The position numbers and the translations under genes were made by a program. Shown piece after piece: positions 27,908 through 39,918 of a stretch of DNA of 64,000 nt. The stretch is from Candidatus Fervidifonticultor secundus (lineage in GTDB: Bacteria; Sysuimicrobiota; Sysuimicrobiia; Sysuimicrobiales; Humicultoraceae): the NCBI GenBank assembly GCA_031459385.1, contig JAVKIP010000003.1, positions 133,192-197,191 on the forward strand. Reading direction: 5' to 3'. The notes beneath the pieces are model-generated. The model searched no databases, was not told the origin of the DNA, and saw only the letters and a program-made list of their open reading frames with translations. Position 1 is the stretch's first letter; each line of letters opens with the position of its first letter.

Positions 27908-28381
27908 TCACGCCGCCGCCGGCAGCGCCCCGACGCGCCCGGCGTCCAGCACCAGGTCTACCTCGTCGCCCACCACGAAGACGACCTGCTGCGCCGTGGG
28001 TGCCGGCCGCCCGCCCGCGGGAGCCGTCGCGGCGGCCAGCGCCACCCCGGCATCGCGCAGCAGGGCCCGCGCCACCGGGTGCGCGGGCGCCCGCGCGAGG
28101 CCGCCCGCGCCGGCTGCATCCTGCTCGGAGGCGACGAACCGCACGATCTGATCGGGCGCGGCGCCGGTGACCTGCCGCAACCGGTCCACCGCGGCCGCGT
28201 CGGACGCCGCGCAGCCCACGTAGTAGCCATCCTCGGCGGGAAAGACGAGGAGTCCGCCGGCGCGCAGCACGTCCACCGCCCGGCGCGGCGCCGCACCTTC
28301 TGCGGGGTCGACGCGGATGATCGGCACGGGATTCGGCTGCCGGGTCACCGCCGGCTGGAACGTCAGCTGGTAATAGCGCAC
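27908..28381 (-). CDS. Shortened, degenerate TsaC/Sua5 (YrdC)-like protein
   Basis: AVDVLRAGGLLVFPAEDGYYVGC, HPVARALL, VDLVLDAG; occupies the tsaC slot after prmC; start uncertain. Confidence 0.65.
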   Translation of the reverse strand: MRYYQLTFQPAVTRQPNPVPIIRVDPAEGAAPRRAVDVLRAGGLLVFPAEDGYYVGCAASDAAAVDRLRQVTGAAPDQIVRFVASEQDAAGAGGLARAPAHPVARALLRDAGVALAAATAPAGGRPAPTAQQVVFVVGDEVDLVLDAGRVGALPAAA

Positions 28382-29247
28382 CGGTCGTCGTCCGCAGCCC
28401 GCAGACGCGCGCTCACCACCCGCTCCCATCCCGCCAGGTCGCGGTGGGTGGCGATCTGCACATACCGGGCTGCGCGCTCTAGCAGTTCGACGACCTGGGC
28501 GGCCTGGCCTGCCGCGACCTCCATGGCCAGCAGGCCGCCCGGCCGCAGCACGCGGGGGCTCTGGGCCACCAGCCGGCGGTGCACGCTCACCCCCTCCGGG
28601 GCTACCACCGCCTCCCGCGGCTCGAAGTTGCGGATCTCGACGGGCAGGGTCGCCGCCGTGGCGGGGTCGACGTACGGCGGGTTGCAGGCCAGTGCATCGA
28701 GGCGCACGGAGGACGCGGCGAGGGGCTCGACCAAATCCCCGCACAGGAAGCGCACGCGCCCGCCCACCCCGTGCCGGGCGGCGTTTGTCCGCGCCACTTC
28801 CAGCGCCCCCGGCGAGATGTCGGTGGCGAAGACCAAGGCGTCCGGGCGCGCCACTGCCAGGCTCACCGCGATGGCGCCGCTCCCCGTCCCAATGTCGGCC
28901 ACGAGGGGTGCCGCCTGTCCGGCCAGCGCTGCCAGCACCACGTCCACCAGCAGTTCCGTCTCGGGCCGCGGGATCAGCACCCGCTCGTCCACCAGGAACT
29001 CCAGTCCCCAGAACTCGCGGCGCCCGACGATGTAGGCCACGGGACGGCCGCGCGCCCGCTCGGCGAGCAGCGCCTCGTAGCGCGGCCATGCGGCGGGATC
29101 GAGAGGACGGTGCCAGTGCAGGTAGAGATCGGTGCGGGACCAGCCCAGGGCGTGGCGCAAGAGCACCTCGGCGCTTGCGCCCGGCTCCGGCACCCCCAGG
29201 GCCGCCAGGTGCTCACGCCCTGCCATCCAGGCCTCGCCGACCGTCAC
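28363..29247 (-). CDS. prmC: Release factor glutamine methyltransferase
   Basis: VLIPRPETE, DIGTGSGAIA, NPPY. Confidence 0.95.
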   Translation of the reverse strand: MTVGEAWMAGREHLAALGVPEPGASAEVLLRHALGWSRTDLYLHWHRPLDPAAWPRYEALLAERARGRPVAYIVGRREFWGLEFLVDERVLIPRPETELLVDVVLAALAGQAAPLVADIGTGSGAIAVSLAVARPDALVFATDISPGALEVARTNAARHGVGGRVRFLCGDLVEPLAASSVRLDALACNPPYVDPATAATLPVEIRNFEPREAVVAPEGVSVHRRLVAQSPRVLRPGGLLAMEVAAGQAAQVVELLERAARYVQIATHRDLAGWERVVSARLRAADDDRCAITS

Positions 29248-29267
29248 CCCGGCGGGTGCCGCCGCGC

Positions 29268-30347
<1,080 letters not shown>

Positions 30348-30469
30348 GGCCCTCACCGCCCCGATTATAGCACCGGCGGCCGCGACACCCTGCCGTGGCA
30401 ACGCCACAGCCGCGGCGCCATCACCCGCGATGGCGCCGGCGCCCCCGTCGCGTGCTGGGGGAGCGACCG

Positions 30470-30673
30470 CTAGACCTTCAGGCCGTACTTGCGGGCGAAC
30501 TTCTGGACCCGGCCCTCGGTGTCGACGAGGCGCCGCTGGCCGGTGTAGTAGGGGTGGCACTTCGAGCAGATCTCGACCCGGATCTGCTTGCGCGTCGAGC
30601 CGGTGACGAACGTCTCACCGCATGCGCACACGACCTGCGCCTGGTAGTACGCGGGGTGAATGCCCTGCTTCAT
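30470..30673 (-). CDS. rpmE: 50S ribosomal protein L31 (Zn-binding type)
   Basis: [23 protein letters not shown]. Confidence 0.95.
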   Translation of the reverse strand: MKQGIHPAYYQAQVVCACGETFVTGSTRKQIRVEICSKCHPYYTGQRRLVDTEGRVQKFARKYGLKV

Positions 30674-30767
30674 CGTCGCTCCTCGTACGGCATGGATCGG
30701 GAAGATGGCAACACGCGCATTATATCAGACCGCGGCGGCCCTACTCTACCGGTCTGCCCTGCGCTCC

Positions 30768-31907
30768 CTACCGCAGGTATCTGATGGGGTTGACGGGACG
30801 GCCGCCGATGTGCACCTCGAAGTGCAGATGCGGCCCGGTGCAGGCGCCGGTGCACCCGACGCGGGCGATGAGCTGTCCCCGCGTCACGGGCTCGCCGGCC
30901 CGCACCAGGAGCTGGCTGGCGTGGGCGTACACAGAGGTGACCCCGTCGTGATGCCGCAGGTAGACCACGCGCCCGTAGCCGCCCCGCCAGCCCGCGAACT
31001 CCACCACGCCGTCGCTGGCGGCGTAGATCGGCGCCCCGGAGGGGGAGGCCACGTCGATGCCGTTGTGATGGTAGCGGTACCGGCGCCAGCCGAACCGCGA
31101 GGTGATGACGCCGCGGGCCGGCCAGATCAGCCTTAGCCCGGTGCGCAGCGCCGACCCGGCCCCCGCCACGGGTTCGCTGTGCCCTCCGCGCGCGCTCGGC
31201 GCGCGCCCGCTCACGACCAGGCGCTGTCCGGGCTGGAGCCGGTCGGGGTCGTCGAGCCCGTTCAGGTCGAGCAGGGCCTCCACCGTGGTGCCGTACCGGT
31301 AGGCGATGCTCCAGAGGGTGTCCCCTGGCTGGACCTCGTAGGTCGAGCGCTGGACGCGGCCCGGGGTCCGGGGCGGGGTGCGACCCGCCGTGGCGCCCTC
31401 GTCGCTTTCCGGCACCACCAGCGTCTTCCCCACCGGCAACACGGCCTGTGGGCCCAGGTCGTTGGCGGCGGCCAGGGCCTCGACCGATACCCCGTAGCGC
31501 CGCGCCAGTGACCACAGCGTGTCGCCGCTCTGCAGGCGGTGCGTGCGGGTCGCCGCGGCGCCGCGCGACGCCACCGTCCGGACGGGAGGACGCGCCGGGC
31601 GGGCCGCCTGAGGCCCGGGGGCGCTGGCGCCCCGCGCCGGCGCAGCGGCCGGCAGCGCGGCCACCCGCGGCGCAGCGGCTGCCACCCGCATCCGTCGCAC
31701 GGCCTCCAGGCCCGGTGTCGCGCGCAGCACCTCGCGGAACGCGTGCTCGCGGTCGGGCCCTGCCGTGGTCGCATCGGCCTGCGGCATCAGGCGCGCTGGA
31801 GGGAGTGCCGTCGCGTCGGGGGACCCCGACGCGCCCGGCCCGAGGGCCGGGGCGACGAGGAGCAAGATCGAGGCCACTGCAAACGGTGCACGCGCGCTTC
31901 GCACCAC
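30768..31907 (-). CDS. Secreted 2xLysM + M23 peptidase
   Basis: Signal peptide; two GDTLWS(L/I)A LysM repeats; HNGID, YAH, TGPHLHFEV; start approximate. Confidence 0.9.
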   Translation of the reverse strand: MVRSARAPFAVASILLLVAPALGPGASGSPDATALPPARLMPQADATTAGPDREHAFREVLRATPGLEAVRRMRVAAAAPRVAALPAAAPARGASAPGPQAARPARPPVRTVASRGAAATRTHRLQSGDTLWSLARRYGVSVEALAAANDLGPQAVLPVGKTLVVPESDEGATAGRTPPRTPGRVQRSTYEVQPGDTLWSIAYRYGTTVEALLDLNGLDDPDRLQPGQRLVVSGRAPSARGGHSEPVAGAGSALRTGLRLIWPARGVITSRFGWRRYRYHHNGIDVASPSGAPIYAASDGVVEFAGWRGGYGRVVYLRHHDGVTSVYAHASQLLVRAGEPVTRGQLIARVGCTGACTGPHLHFEVHIGGRPVNPIRYLR

Positions 31908-32137
31908 CACTACCTCGCGCCGCGACGTGCCGGACCGGCGCCGGCCGAAACGTCCTGAGTTGCACTGCTGCTGTCCTCGGCGCGCGCGCGGGCTGCGCGC
32001 GCCTGCCCGCAACGACCAGTTAGGTTAGCGCCTCATCGAGCTGGCTGCAGACGAAACACGCAAATAGTTCGCCGCCGCGAGCCCATCTCCTGCCAGGCGT
32101 CCCAAAACGGGCAGGGAGGCGAGCCCCTCCCCGGGGG

Positions 32138-33400
32138 TCAGTTGGTGTTCTCCTCGCTGCTCTTCACGATCGACCGCAGGAAGGCCGCGTTGTTCGCCGT
32201 CTTGCGCAGCCGGTCGAGGATCAGCTCGGTCATCGCCACGGTGTCGAGCTGCTCCAGGCTCTTGCGCAGCACCCACACCTTCCGCAACTCTTCCTCGGAC
32301 AGGAGCAGTTCCTCCCGGCGGGTTCCCGACATCTTGATGTCGATCGCCGGGAACGTGCGGCGCTCCTGCAGTTTCCGGTTCAGGTGCAGTTCCATGTTGC
32401 CGGTGCCCTTGAACTCCTCGTAGATGACGTCGTCCATGCGGCTGCCCGTGTCCACCAGGGCTGTAGCGATGATAGTCAGCGAGCCTCCCTCCTCGATCTT
32501 GCGCGCGGCGCCGAAGAAGCGCTTGGGCCGGTGCAGGGCCGCGGGGTCCAGGCCGCCGGACAGCGTGCGCCCCGACGGCGGGATGACCAGGTTGTTGGCC
32601 CGGGAGAACCGCGTCAGGCTGTCCAGCAGGATCACCACATCCCGGCCCCCCTCGACCAGGCGCTTGGCGCGGTCCAGGACCAGGTCCGCGACTTGAATGT
32701 GCTCCTCCGGCGCCTTGTCGAACGTCGACGCGATGACCTCGGCCTCGACCGAGCGCCGCATGTCGGTGACCTCTTCGGGCCGCTCGTCCAGCAGCAGCAC
32801 GATCAGGTAGATCTCGGGATGGTTCTGGACGATCGCCTGCCCGATCTTCTTGAGGAGGGTGGTCTTGCCGGCCTTCGGCGGCGAGACGATCATGCCGCGC
32901 TGGCCCTTGCCGATGGGCGCAAAGAGGTCGACCACGCGCACGGTCAGGTCGCCGTCGGGGGTCTCCAGCCGGATGCGCTCGTGGGGGAAGACCGGGGTGA
33001 GGTGCTCGAATCCCGGGCGCGTGCGCGCCTGCTCGGGGTCGAGGCCGTTGACCGCCTCGACGCGCAGCAGCGCGTAGTACTTCTCGTTGTCCTTGGGCGG
33101 CCGGACCTGGCCCAGTACCTCGTCGCCGACCCGCAGCCCGAAGCGCTTGATCTGCGACGGCGAGACGTAGATGTCCTCGCTGCCCGGCAGGTAGCCGCTC
33201 GTCCGCAGGAAGCCGTACCCTTCCGGCATGATCTCGAGGATCCCGGCCCGGATCTCCAACCCCTGGGCGGCGGTCTGTGCCTGGAGCACGCGCATGATCA
33301 ACTCCTGCTTCCGGAAGCGCCGGAAGTTGGGAATATTGAGTTCCTTGGCCAGATCCTGGAGCTCCGCCAGGGTCTTGGCCTCAAGTTCTGCGATAGCCAC
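32138..33400 (-). CDS. rho: Transcription termination factor Rho
   Basis: [39 protein letters not shown]. Confidence 0.98.
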   Translation of the reverse strand: MAIAELEAKTLAELQDLAKELNIPNFRRFRKQELIMRVLQAQTAAQGLEIRAGILEIMPEGYGFLRTSGYLPGSEDIYVSPSQIKRFGLRVGDEVLGQVRPPKDNEKYYALLRVEAVNGLDPEQARTRPGFEHLTPVFPHERIRLETPDGDLTVRVVDLFAPIGKGQRGMIVSPPKAGKTTLLKKIGQAIVQNHPEIYLIVLLLDERPEEVTDMRRSVEAEVIASTFDKAPEEHIQVADLVLDRAKRLVEGGRDVVILLDSLTRFSRANNLVIPPSGRTLSGGLDPAALHRPKRFFGAARKIEEGGSLTIIATALVDTGSRMDDVIYEEFKGTGNMELHLNRKLQERRTFPAIDIKMSGTRREELLLSEEELRKVWVLRKSLEQLDTVAMTELILDRLRKTANNAAFLRSIVKSSEENTN

Positions 33401-33531
33401 GAGGGGGTCACGCTCCTGTCAGTTGTTCTATGCCCGATTCCCCGGACATCTCTCCACGCTCTACGGCCCCCGGCGGCACCCTCCGGGCGGGGCACGGCGG
33501 CCGCCGCGGCCCGAATCGCCTCGAGACCGAC

Positions 33532-34203
33532 CTATACCCGGGTCCGACGGGCCTCCAGCTCTGCCTGCAGGCGCCGGGCGTCCGCGAGGAACCGCTCCAG
33601 CCCCACGTCGGTCAGGGTGTGCTTGAAGAGTTGCTCCATGACCTTGAAGGGCATGGTGGCCACGTCGGCGCCCGCCCGGGCCGCTTCGACGACGTGCACG
33701 GGGTGGCGCAGGCTCGCGGCCAGCACTCTGGTCTCGAACCGGTAGGTCCGGAAGACCGTCACGATGTCGCGCACGACCTGCATGCCGTCGTGCCCGATGT
33801 CGTCCAACCGGCCCACGAACGGGCTGACGTAGGTGGCACCGGCCTTGGCCGCCAGCAGCGCCTGGTTCACGGAGAAGACCAGGGTGACGTTGACCGGGAT
33901 GCCCCGGGCGCGCAGGGCGCGCAGCGCCAGAAGGCCCGCAGGGGTGACGGGCACCTTGACCACCACGTTGGGCGCCCACGTGGCGAACTCCTCGCCTTCG
34001 CGAACCATACCGTCGGCGTCGGCCACGGTGGTCTCGACACTCACGGGGCCGGACGTGATGCGGCAGATCTCCTCGATCTGGGCCCGATGCGGGCGCCCTT
34101 CCTTCGCCACCAGGGTCGGGTTGGTGGTGACGCCATCCAGGATGCCCCACCCGTGCGCCGTGCGGATCTCCTCCAGGTTGGCGGTGTCCACGAAGAAGAG
34201 CAT
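33532..34203 (-). CDS. fsa: Transaldolase / fructose-6-phosphate aldolase (FSA family)
   Basis: [42 protein letters not shown]. Confidence 0.93.
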   Translation of the reverse strand: MLFFVDTANLEEIRTAHGWGILDGVTTNPTLVAKEGRPHRAQIEEICRITSGPVSVETTVADADGMVREGEEFATWAPNVVVKVPVTPAGLLALRALRARGIPVNVTLVFSVNQALLAAKAGATYVSPFVGRLDDIGHDGMQVVRDIVTVFRTYRFETRVLAASLRHPVHVVEAARAGADVATMPFKVMEQLFKHTLTDVGLERFLADARRLQAELEARRTRV

Positions 34204-34207
34204 CGCC

Positions 34208-35698
34208 TCACCGTCCCGTGGCTTCGATGTACATGACCTCGCCGGCGTCGGTCGGCTTGAGCATCTTCAACTGGTCGCCGGGGCGCAGCTGCAGCAGCAG
34301 CACCGGCTGGTCGTTGCGGTAGATCGCGCTCAAGACCGCGACGCGGTGCGAGCGGATCTGCTTGTTGGCGTCTTCGACAACCACGATGGGCGGCGGGCCG
34401 CCGCGGATCTCGCGCAGGGTGGCGGTGGTGTAGTCATAGCGGCCCAGCGCCTCCATGAGGGCGTTGAAGGCCAGCACGGCGTCGCCGCGGGTCGCGGTCC
34501 GGCCCGGCCGGAACGCCCCGTCGCCGGCCGGCAGCACCAGCCGGCGCTCGAGCGCGACGACCACGCTCCCGCGGTGCTCGACCGGCACGTCCCCGGCGTC
34601 AGGGATGCGCAGCGGGTCGTTGGCCTTGTGCACCGCCTCGCCGGCCAGGCCCATGGCCCGCACGACGAAGGCGGCCAGTTCGGCCCGCGTCACGGGCTGG
34701 CGCGGCCGGAAGGTGTTGTCGGGAAACGCCGTGATGACCCCCCGCTGGAAGCCGATCACCAGCTGCGTCGGGTTGTCCTTGGTGGTGTGCACGGCCACCA
34801 GCTCGTAGCGCCCGGGCCGCACCGGCTGGTCGTTCTGGTCGAGCTGCCGCCACCGCGTCATCTCGACGTACCTGGCCCCGGCCGCCAGCGGCCACGGCCG
34901 GTCGACGGCCTGGAACGGCCGGTTCAGCGACCAGCGGGCCACCTCGTTGCCCTCGACGTCGCGCACGATGAAGTCGTGGAACTGCGAGGTGGCGTACTCG
35001 AACCAGACGTCCGGGAGGAAGAACACCCGGAGGCCGGCCCTGGGCTCGACCTTCCCCGGCTCGACCACCTCCAGCAACGTGCCGTCGTTGCGCACGTCGA
35101 CCACGCGGACGCGGCCCACGGCCTCGCGCCCCGGCCCCTGGGGCCGCTGGGTCTCGACGTAGAGCTGGCCCTCGTACCCCGCCCGGAGCCCTTCGCTGAG
35201 CCGGATGCGCGGGCGGCCCCGGTCGAGCCCGGTGATGACAGTCTCGCGTCCGGGGCCCTCGTTGGCGATGGTGAGGGTCATCTCGACCGTTTCATCGGGC
35301 GCGTAAGAGACCTTGTTCACGGTGAACGTGTAGGTGACGGTCCCCTTGCGCAGCTCCACCCGGCGGGCCGAGACCGTCCCCAGGCTGACAGCCGCCGCCA
35401 CCGCCGGCCGGTCGCCGGGCGGGATCTGGTCGACGTCGCGGAAGTCGGGGACGCGCACCCCCCCGGTGGGGAGCCCGATCGTGCGTGCCAGGAAGACCGC
35501 CATGTCCAAGCGCGTCAGCGGCTCGTCGGGCGCCAGCCGGCCGTCGGGGAGCCGCGTGACGATCCCCTTGGCGGCCAGGCGCTCGGCGGCCCGACGCGAC
35601 GGGTGATCGCGCATGTCGGTGAAGATCTGGGCCGCCGCCGGCACCCCCAGCAGCACCAGCGCCGCCACCGCGGCGAGCACGCGCATCAGCATCGTCAT
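34208..35698 (-). CDS. Secreted S-layer-homology (SLH) protein with a BsuPI-like Ig domain
   Basis: Signal peptide; SLH motifs [58 protein letters not shown] resembles BsuPI. Confidence 0.75.
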   Translation of the reverse strand: MTMLMRVLAAVAALVLLGVPAAAQIFTDMRDHPSRRAAERLAAKGIVTRLPDGRLAPDEPLTRLDMAVFLARTIGLPTGGVRVPDFRDVDQIPPGDRPAVAAAVSLGTVSARRVELRKGTVTYTFTVNKVSYAPDETVEMTLTIANEGPGRETVITGLDRGRPRIRLSEGLRAGYEGQLYVETQRPQGPGREAVGRVRVVDVRNDGTLLEVVEPGKVEPRAGLRVFFLPDVWFEYATSQFHDFIVRDVEGNEVARWSLNRPFQAVDRPWPLAAGARYVEMTRWRQLDQNDQPVRPGRYELVAVHTTKDNPTQLVIGFQRGVITAFPDNTFRPRQPVTRAELAAFVVRAMGLAGEAVHKANDPLRIPDAGDVPVEHRGSVVVALERRLVLPAGDGAFRPGRTATRGDAVLAFNALMEALGRYDYTTATLREIRGGPPPIVVVEDANKQIRSHRVAVLSAIYRNDQPVLLLQLRPGDQLKMLKPTDAGEVMYIEATGR

Positions 35699-35974
35699 GG
35701 CGGAGGACGCCTCCTCGATCTGCGCTGGCAGCCTGCAGGTTGGTTATGCGTTGACGCCGGACTCACTATGGGTCTCACGTCGCCTGGGACACGGCCCGGA
35801 CACTGAGGGCCGAGAAGGTCGCCGGCGGGCGGGACACACCAGCCGTCACGTGCGAATCGTGCGAAATATTTGTACCACACTCCATGTCGCGGTTGCAAGC
35901 CTGGTCCCCTCGGCCTGCCCTGTCCCACGCCCTCCCAGCCCCCGAGGGGCTCCCTGAACCCTCGCCGCCCGGGT

Positions 35975-37666
35975 CTACATCCGGTCGGGGGCAGAGACCC
36001 CCAGCAGGCCCAGCACCCGCCGGAGCACGGTGCGGGTGGCGTCCACCAGGGCCAGCCGGGCTGCGGTCAGCTCGGCATCGTCGCCGAGCACGCGGCAGTG
36101 GGTGTAGAACAGGTGGAAGGCTTCGGCCACCTCGCGCGCGTAGGCGCACAGCCGGTGCGGCTCCCGGCGCAGGCCGGCGGTGCGGACGACCTCGGGGAAC
36201 TCGGCGAGGGTGTGGATCAGGATCGCCTCGTGCTCGTGCTCGAGGCGGGCCAGCGCGGCCCCGTGGGGGTTGCCCGGCGCAGCCGGCCGCAGGGCCTGCG
36301 CGGCGGCCTCGCGGAGGATGCCCGCGATCCGCGCGTGGGCGTACTGCACGTAGTAGACGGGGTTGTCCTGCGAGTGCCGCACCGCCAGCGCCACGTCGAA
36401 GTCCATGGGCACCGTGTACGAGGTCATGGCGTAGAAGTACCGGGCGGCGTCGGTGCCCACGGCGTCGATCAGGTCGCGCAGCGTGACGAACTCGCCGCTG
36501 CGCTTGGACATCCGGAGCACCTCGCCCTCGTTCTTCAGCCGCACGTGCTGGTGGATGAGCAGCTCCAGCGTCCCCGGGGACACGCCCAGGGCCTGCAGCC
36601 CGCCCTGCACCCGCGCCACGTCCCCGATGTGGTCGATCCCCCACACGTCGATGAGCAGGTCGAAGCCGCGGGCCAGCTTGTCGAGGTGGTACGCCAGATC
36701 GGTGGCGAAGTACGTCCAGCCGCCGTCGGGCCGCCAGACGACCCGGTCCTTCTCGTCGCCGAAGCTCGTCGCGCGGAACCACACCTTGTCGTCGGCCTCG
36801 TAGATGTAGCCACGCGCACGCAGCATCTCCAGGACGCGATCCACCGCGCCCGAGGCGACCAGCGCGCGTTCGCTGAACCACACGTCGAACCGGACGCGAA
36901 AGCGCGCCAGGACCTCGCGGATCTCGGCCAGAACCGCGTCCACCGCCACCTGCCGGAAGTGTTCCAGGCGCTGCGCCTCGGGCCGCTCGAGCCAGGCCGG
37001 GCCGTCCCGGGCGGCGATTGCGCGCGCCAGGTCCACCACGTAGTCGCCGCGGTAGCCGTCGTCGGGGAACGGCATGGCGCGGCCGAACTGCTCGAAGTAC
37101 CGCGCCTCCACCGAGCGCGCCAGGTTCACGACCTGCTGGCCGGCGTCGTTGACGTAGTACTCGCGCGTGACCTCGAAGCCCAGCGCGGCCAGCAGGTTGG
37201 CGACGACGTCGCCCACCACGGCGTTGCGGCCCGTGCCGACGTGCAGCGGCCCCGTGGGGTTGGCGCTGACGAACTCCACGTTCACGCGCACGCGCGACCC
37301 GTCGGGCCGCACCCCGAGCGGCTGGGTCCCGTACGCCTCGCCGGCCTGCAGAATCGCGGCGACCAGCTCGCGCCGCCACGGCCACGCCACCGTCAGGTTG
37401 ATGAACCCGGGGCCGGCCACCTGCGCCCTGGCGATCCGCGCCGCCGGCGGCGCCCAGGCTGCCAGCAGCCGCTCGGCCACCTCCTGCGGCTTGAGGCCTG
37501 TGATCCGGGCCAGCACCAGCGCCGCGTTGGTGGCGTAGTCGCCGTGGCGCCGGTCGCGTGGTACCTCGACCTCCACCTCGGGGAGATCGGCCGGCGGCAG
37601 CGCCCCGGTCTCCATGGCCCGCCCGATGGCGGCCCGCAGCTCGGCTCGCAGCACGTCGCGAAACAT
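35975..37666 (-). CDS. argS: Arginyl-tRNA synthetase
   Basis: HGDYATN, GPGFIN, VEFVSANPTGPLHVG, YYVNDAG, MSKRSG, NPVYYVQYAHARI. Confidence 0.97.
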   Translation of the reverse strand: MFRDVLRAELRAAIGRAMETGALPPADLPEVEVEVPRDRRHGDYATNAALVLARITGLKPQEVAERLLAAWAPPAARIARAQVAGPGFINLTVAWPWRRELVAAILQAGEAYGTQPLGVRPDGSRVRVNVEFVSANPTGPLHVGTGRNAVVGDVVANLLAALGFEVTREYYVNDAGQQVVNLARSVEARYFEQFGRAMPFPDDGYRGDYVVDLARAIAARDGPAWLERPEAQRLEHFRQVAVDAVLAEIREVLARFRVRFDVWFSERALVASGAVDRVLEMLRARGYIYEADDKVWFRATSFGDEKDRVVWRPDGGWTYFATDLAYHLDKLARGFDLLIDVWGIDHIGDVARVQGGLQALGVSPGTLELLIHQHVRLKNEGEVLRMSKRSGEFVTLRDLIDAVGTDAARYFYAMTSYTVPMDFDVALAVRHSQDNPVYYVQYAHARIAGILREAAAQALRPAAPGNPHGAALARLEHEHEAILIHTLAEFPEVVRTAGLRREPHRLCAYAREVAEAFHLFYTHCRVLGDDAELTAARLALVDATRTVLRRVLGLLGVSAPDRM

Positions 37667-37672
37667 CGCCTG

Positions 37673-37681
37673 ACTATACCA
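37673..37681 (-). promoter_or_regulatory. Extended -10 (TGG-TATAGT) 6 nt before the argS ATG: leaderless promoter
   Basis: TATAGT overlaps the anmK stop codon; no strong SD before the ATG. Confidence 0.6.
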
Positions 37682-38879
37682 TACGCCCGGCGGCCGGTTT
37701 CGGCACCCACTTGCCCAGCACGCGCGGGCCTGCGGCGCCGGTGGCGGCCGGCACGTTGGTCGGCCGCCCCGCCACCGCCTCCGAGGCCAGCAGGGCAAAC
37801 GCCATCGCTTCCTTCAACTTGGCGTCGACCCCGAACTCGTCGCAGGTCCGCACGGGCACCGACAGCCCCGCAGCGATGCGCCGGCGCAGGAACGCGTTGT
37901 ACGCGCCGCCGCCGCACAGCACGACCTCGTCCAGGCCGGCGCGAGGCACCAGGAAGTCGCGGCAGGCGCGCACGATGCTGTCGGCGGTGAGCGCCGAGAC
38001 CGTGGCCACGATGTCCTCGAGCACGAGCCCGCGCCGCCGGGCCTCCTCGAGCAGGCGAGCGGCGTGGGGCCGGCCGTAGACCTCGCGCCCGGTGGACTTG
38101 GGCGGGGGCAGGTGCAGGTACGGGTCGTCGAGCAGCGCCGCCAGCCACGCCTCGTCGACGCGGCCTGCGATGGCCATGGCGCCGTCGCGGTCGAACGCCT
38201 GGGCGCCGCCGGTGAGCGTGCGCACCGTCTCGTCGATGAGCATGTTGCCCGGGCCGGTGTCGAAGGCCACGGCCGCCCGCGGGCCCCTGGCCGCCGGCTC
38301 GGTGCCGGCCGGCAGGTACGTGACGTTCGCGATCCCCCCGATGTTCTGGACGGCGCGGGCCAGCGTCGGGTGGCGGAACACCACCAGGTCGAAGTAGGGC
38401 ACCAGCGGCGCGCCGTGGCCGCCAGCGGCGATGTCGGCCACGCGGAAGTCGGCGACGACCGGCAGCCCGGTGCGCTCGGCGATCACCGCCGGCTCGCCGA
38501 TCTGCAGCGTCGCGCCGGCTGGCGCGGGGATGTGCCAGACCGTCTGCCCGTGCGATCCGATCAGGTCTACCTGGTCGGGCCGCCGACCGCTGCGGGCGAT
38601 CACGGCCAGCGCCGCCTCGGCGAACAGTTCGCCCAGCCGGAAGTTGAACCGGCAGATCCGGTCGACCGTGCCGGTGGCCGGCTCGAACAGGCGGAAGAGC
38701 TCCTCCCGGTCGGCCTGGGGCAGCGGGTGGGTCAGGCCCGCGAGCAGCCGCAGCCTGGCCTCCAGGCCCCAGCCCTGGATCTCCACGAGCGCCGCGTCGA
38801 TGCCATCGGCAGAGGTCCCCGAGATCAACCCGACGACCACCCGCGGGTCCTTGCGGGCCAGGTCAGCGATCTCGCGCAT
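37674..38879 (-). CDS. anmK: Anhydro-N-acetylmuramic acid kinase
   Basis: GLISGTSADGID, GSHGQT, DFRVADIAAGGHGAPLVP, NIGGIAN, FDTGPGN, KSTGRE. Confidence 0.96.
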   Translation of the reverse strand: MREIADLARKDPRVVVGLISGTSADGIDAALVEIQGWGLEARLRLLAGLTHPLPQADREELFRLFEPATGTVDRICRFNFRLGELFAEAALAVIARSGRRPDQVDLIGSHGQTVWHIPAPAGATLQIGEPAVIAERTGLPVVADFRVADIAAGGHGAPLVPYFDLVVFRHPTLARAVQNIGGIANVTYLPAGTEPAARGPRAAVAFDTGPGNMLIDETVRTLTGGAQAFDRDGAMAIAGRVDEAWLAALLDDPYLHLPPPKSTGREVYGRPHAARLLEEARRRGLVLEDIVATVSALTADSIVRACRDFLVPRAGLDEVVLCGGGAYNAFLRRRIAAGLSVPVRTCDEFGVDAKLKEAMAFALLASEAVAGRPTNVPAATGAAGPRVLGKWVPKPAAGRMV

Positions 38880-38949
38880 GGTGTCTCCTCCGGGCCAGGC
38901 AGTTCCCGTCGCAGCCGTCCGCGGTGACCGGCCCGTGGTTCCATGCGCG

Positions 38950-39918
38950 TCACCGCCGCGCCGCGGCACCCCCGACCGCCCGGCGCACGTGCCCGCCGGC
39001 ACGGGCCAGCCGCCGCTCTGCCGCGGCCCGGCTGCAGCGGGCCAGCGCCATCACGATGGCTACCTTCGGCCGGCCCCCGGCCGCGCGCAGCAGCCGCGCG
39101 GCCTCGCCGGCATCGACGCCGGCGGCCTCGGCCACGATGCGCCAGGCCCGCGCCAGCAGCTTCCGGTTGGACGGTACCACGTCCACCATGAGGTTGGAGT
39201 AGACCTTGCCCAGACGCACCATGGCCGCGGTGCTCAACATGTTCAGCACTAGCTTCTGCGCCGTGCCGGCCTTCATGCGCGTGGAGCCGGTGAGGACCTC
39301 GGGCCCCACGCGCGGCGTGATGGCCACGTGCGCGGTGCGCGCGAGCGGCGAACCGGGCGCGCTGGTGACGCCGACCACGACCGCGCCCCTGCGCCGCGCC
39401 TCGTCCACGGCGCCGAGCACGAACGGCGTGACGCCGCTCGCGGTCAGGCCCACCACCACGTCGCGACGGCCGACGCGCAGCGCCCTGATCTGCGCTGCGC
39501 CGCCCGCGCGGTCGTCCTCGGCCGGCGCGGCCGCGCCGATGGTCGCCCGGGCGCCGCCGGCGACCACGGTCCGGATACGGTCCGGGCGCACCCCGAACGT
39601 CGGCGGCCACTCCAGCGCGTCGAGCAGGCCGATGCGGCCGCTGGTGCCGGCGCCCACGTAGACGACGCGGCCGCCGGCGCGCAGCGCCCGCACCACGGCC
39701 GCGACCGCGCGCGCGATGCGCGGGATCTCGGCGGCCACCGCCGCGGGCACCCGCCGGTCCTCGCGGTTGATGAGGCGCAGGATCTCCACAACCGACAGGC
39801 GGTCGAGGTCGCGCGAGGCGGGGTTGCGCTGTTCCGTGGGCAGGCGGTCGAGGGTGCGCAACAGGGCAGCCTGCCGCCCGGTGGGGCGCGGGTCCGGGGC
39901 GGCGCGGCGGGCCGTCAC
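38950..39918 (-). CDS. murQ: N-acetylmuramic acid 6-phosphate etherase
   Basis: TEQRNP, GAGTSGRIG, GPEVLTGSTRMKAGTAQKLVLNMLST; note ALEW where ASEC is usual. Confidence 0.93.
   Translation of the reverse strand: MTARRAAPDPRPTGRQAALLRTLDRLPTEQRNPASRDLDRLSVVEILRLINREDRRVPAAVAAEIPRIARAVAAVVRALRAGGRVVYVGAGTSGRIGLLDALEWPPTFGVRPDRIRTVVAGGARATIGAAAPAEDDRAGGAAQIRALRVGRRDVVVGLTASGVTPFVLGAVDEARRRGAVVVGVTSAPGSPLARTAHVAITPRVGPEVLTGSTRMKAGTAQKLVLNMLSTAAMVRLGKVYSNLMVDVVPSNRKLLARAWRIVAEAAGVDAGEAARLLRAAGGRPKVAIVMALARCSRAAAERRLARAGGHVRRAVGGAAARR

Noticed and set aside
31910..32137. c-di-AMP (ydaO) riboswitch before the LysM-M23 gene
   Set aside because: I could not find the conserved GCUGAAUCC/GGGGAACC elements.
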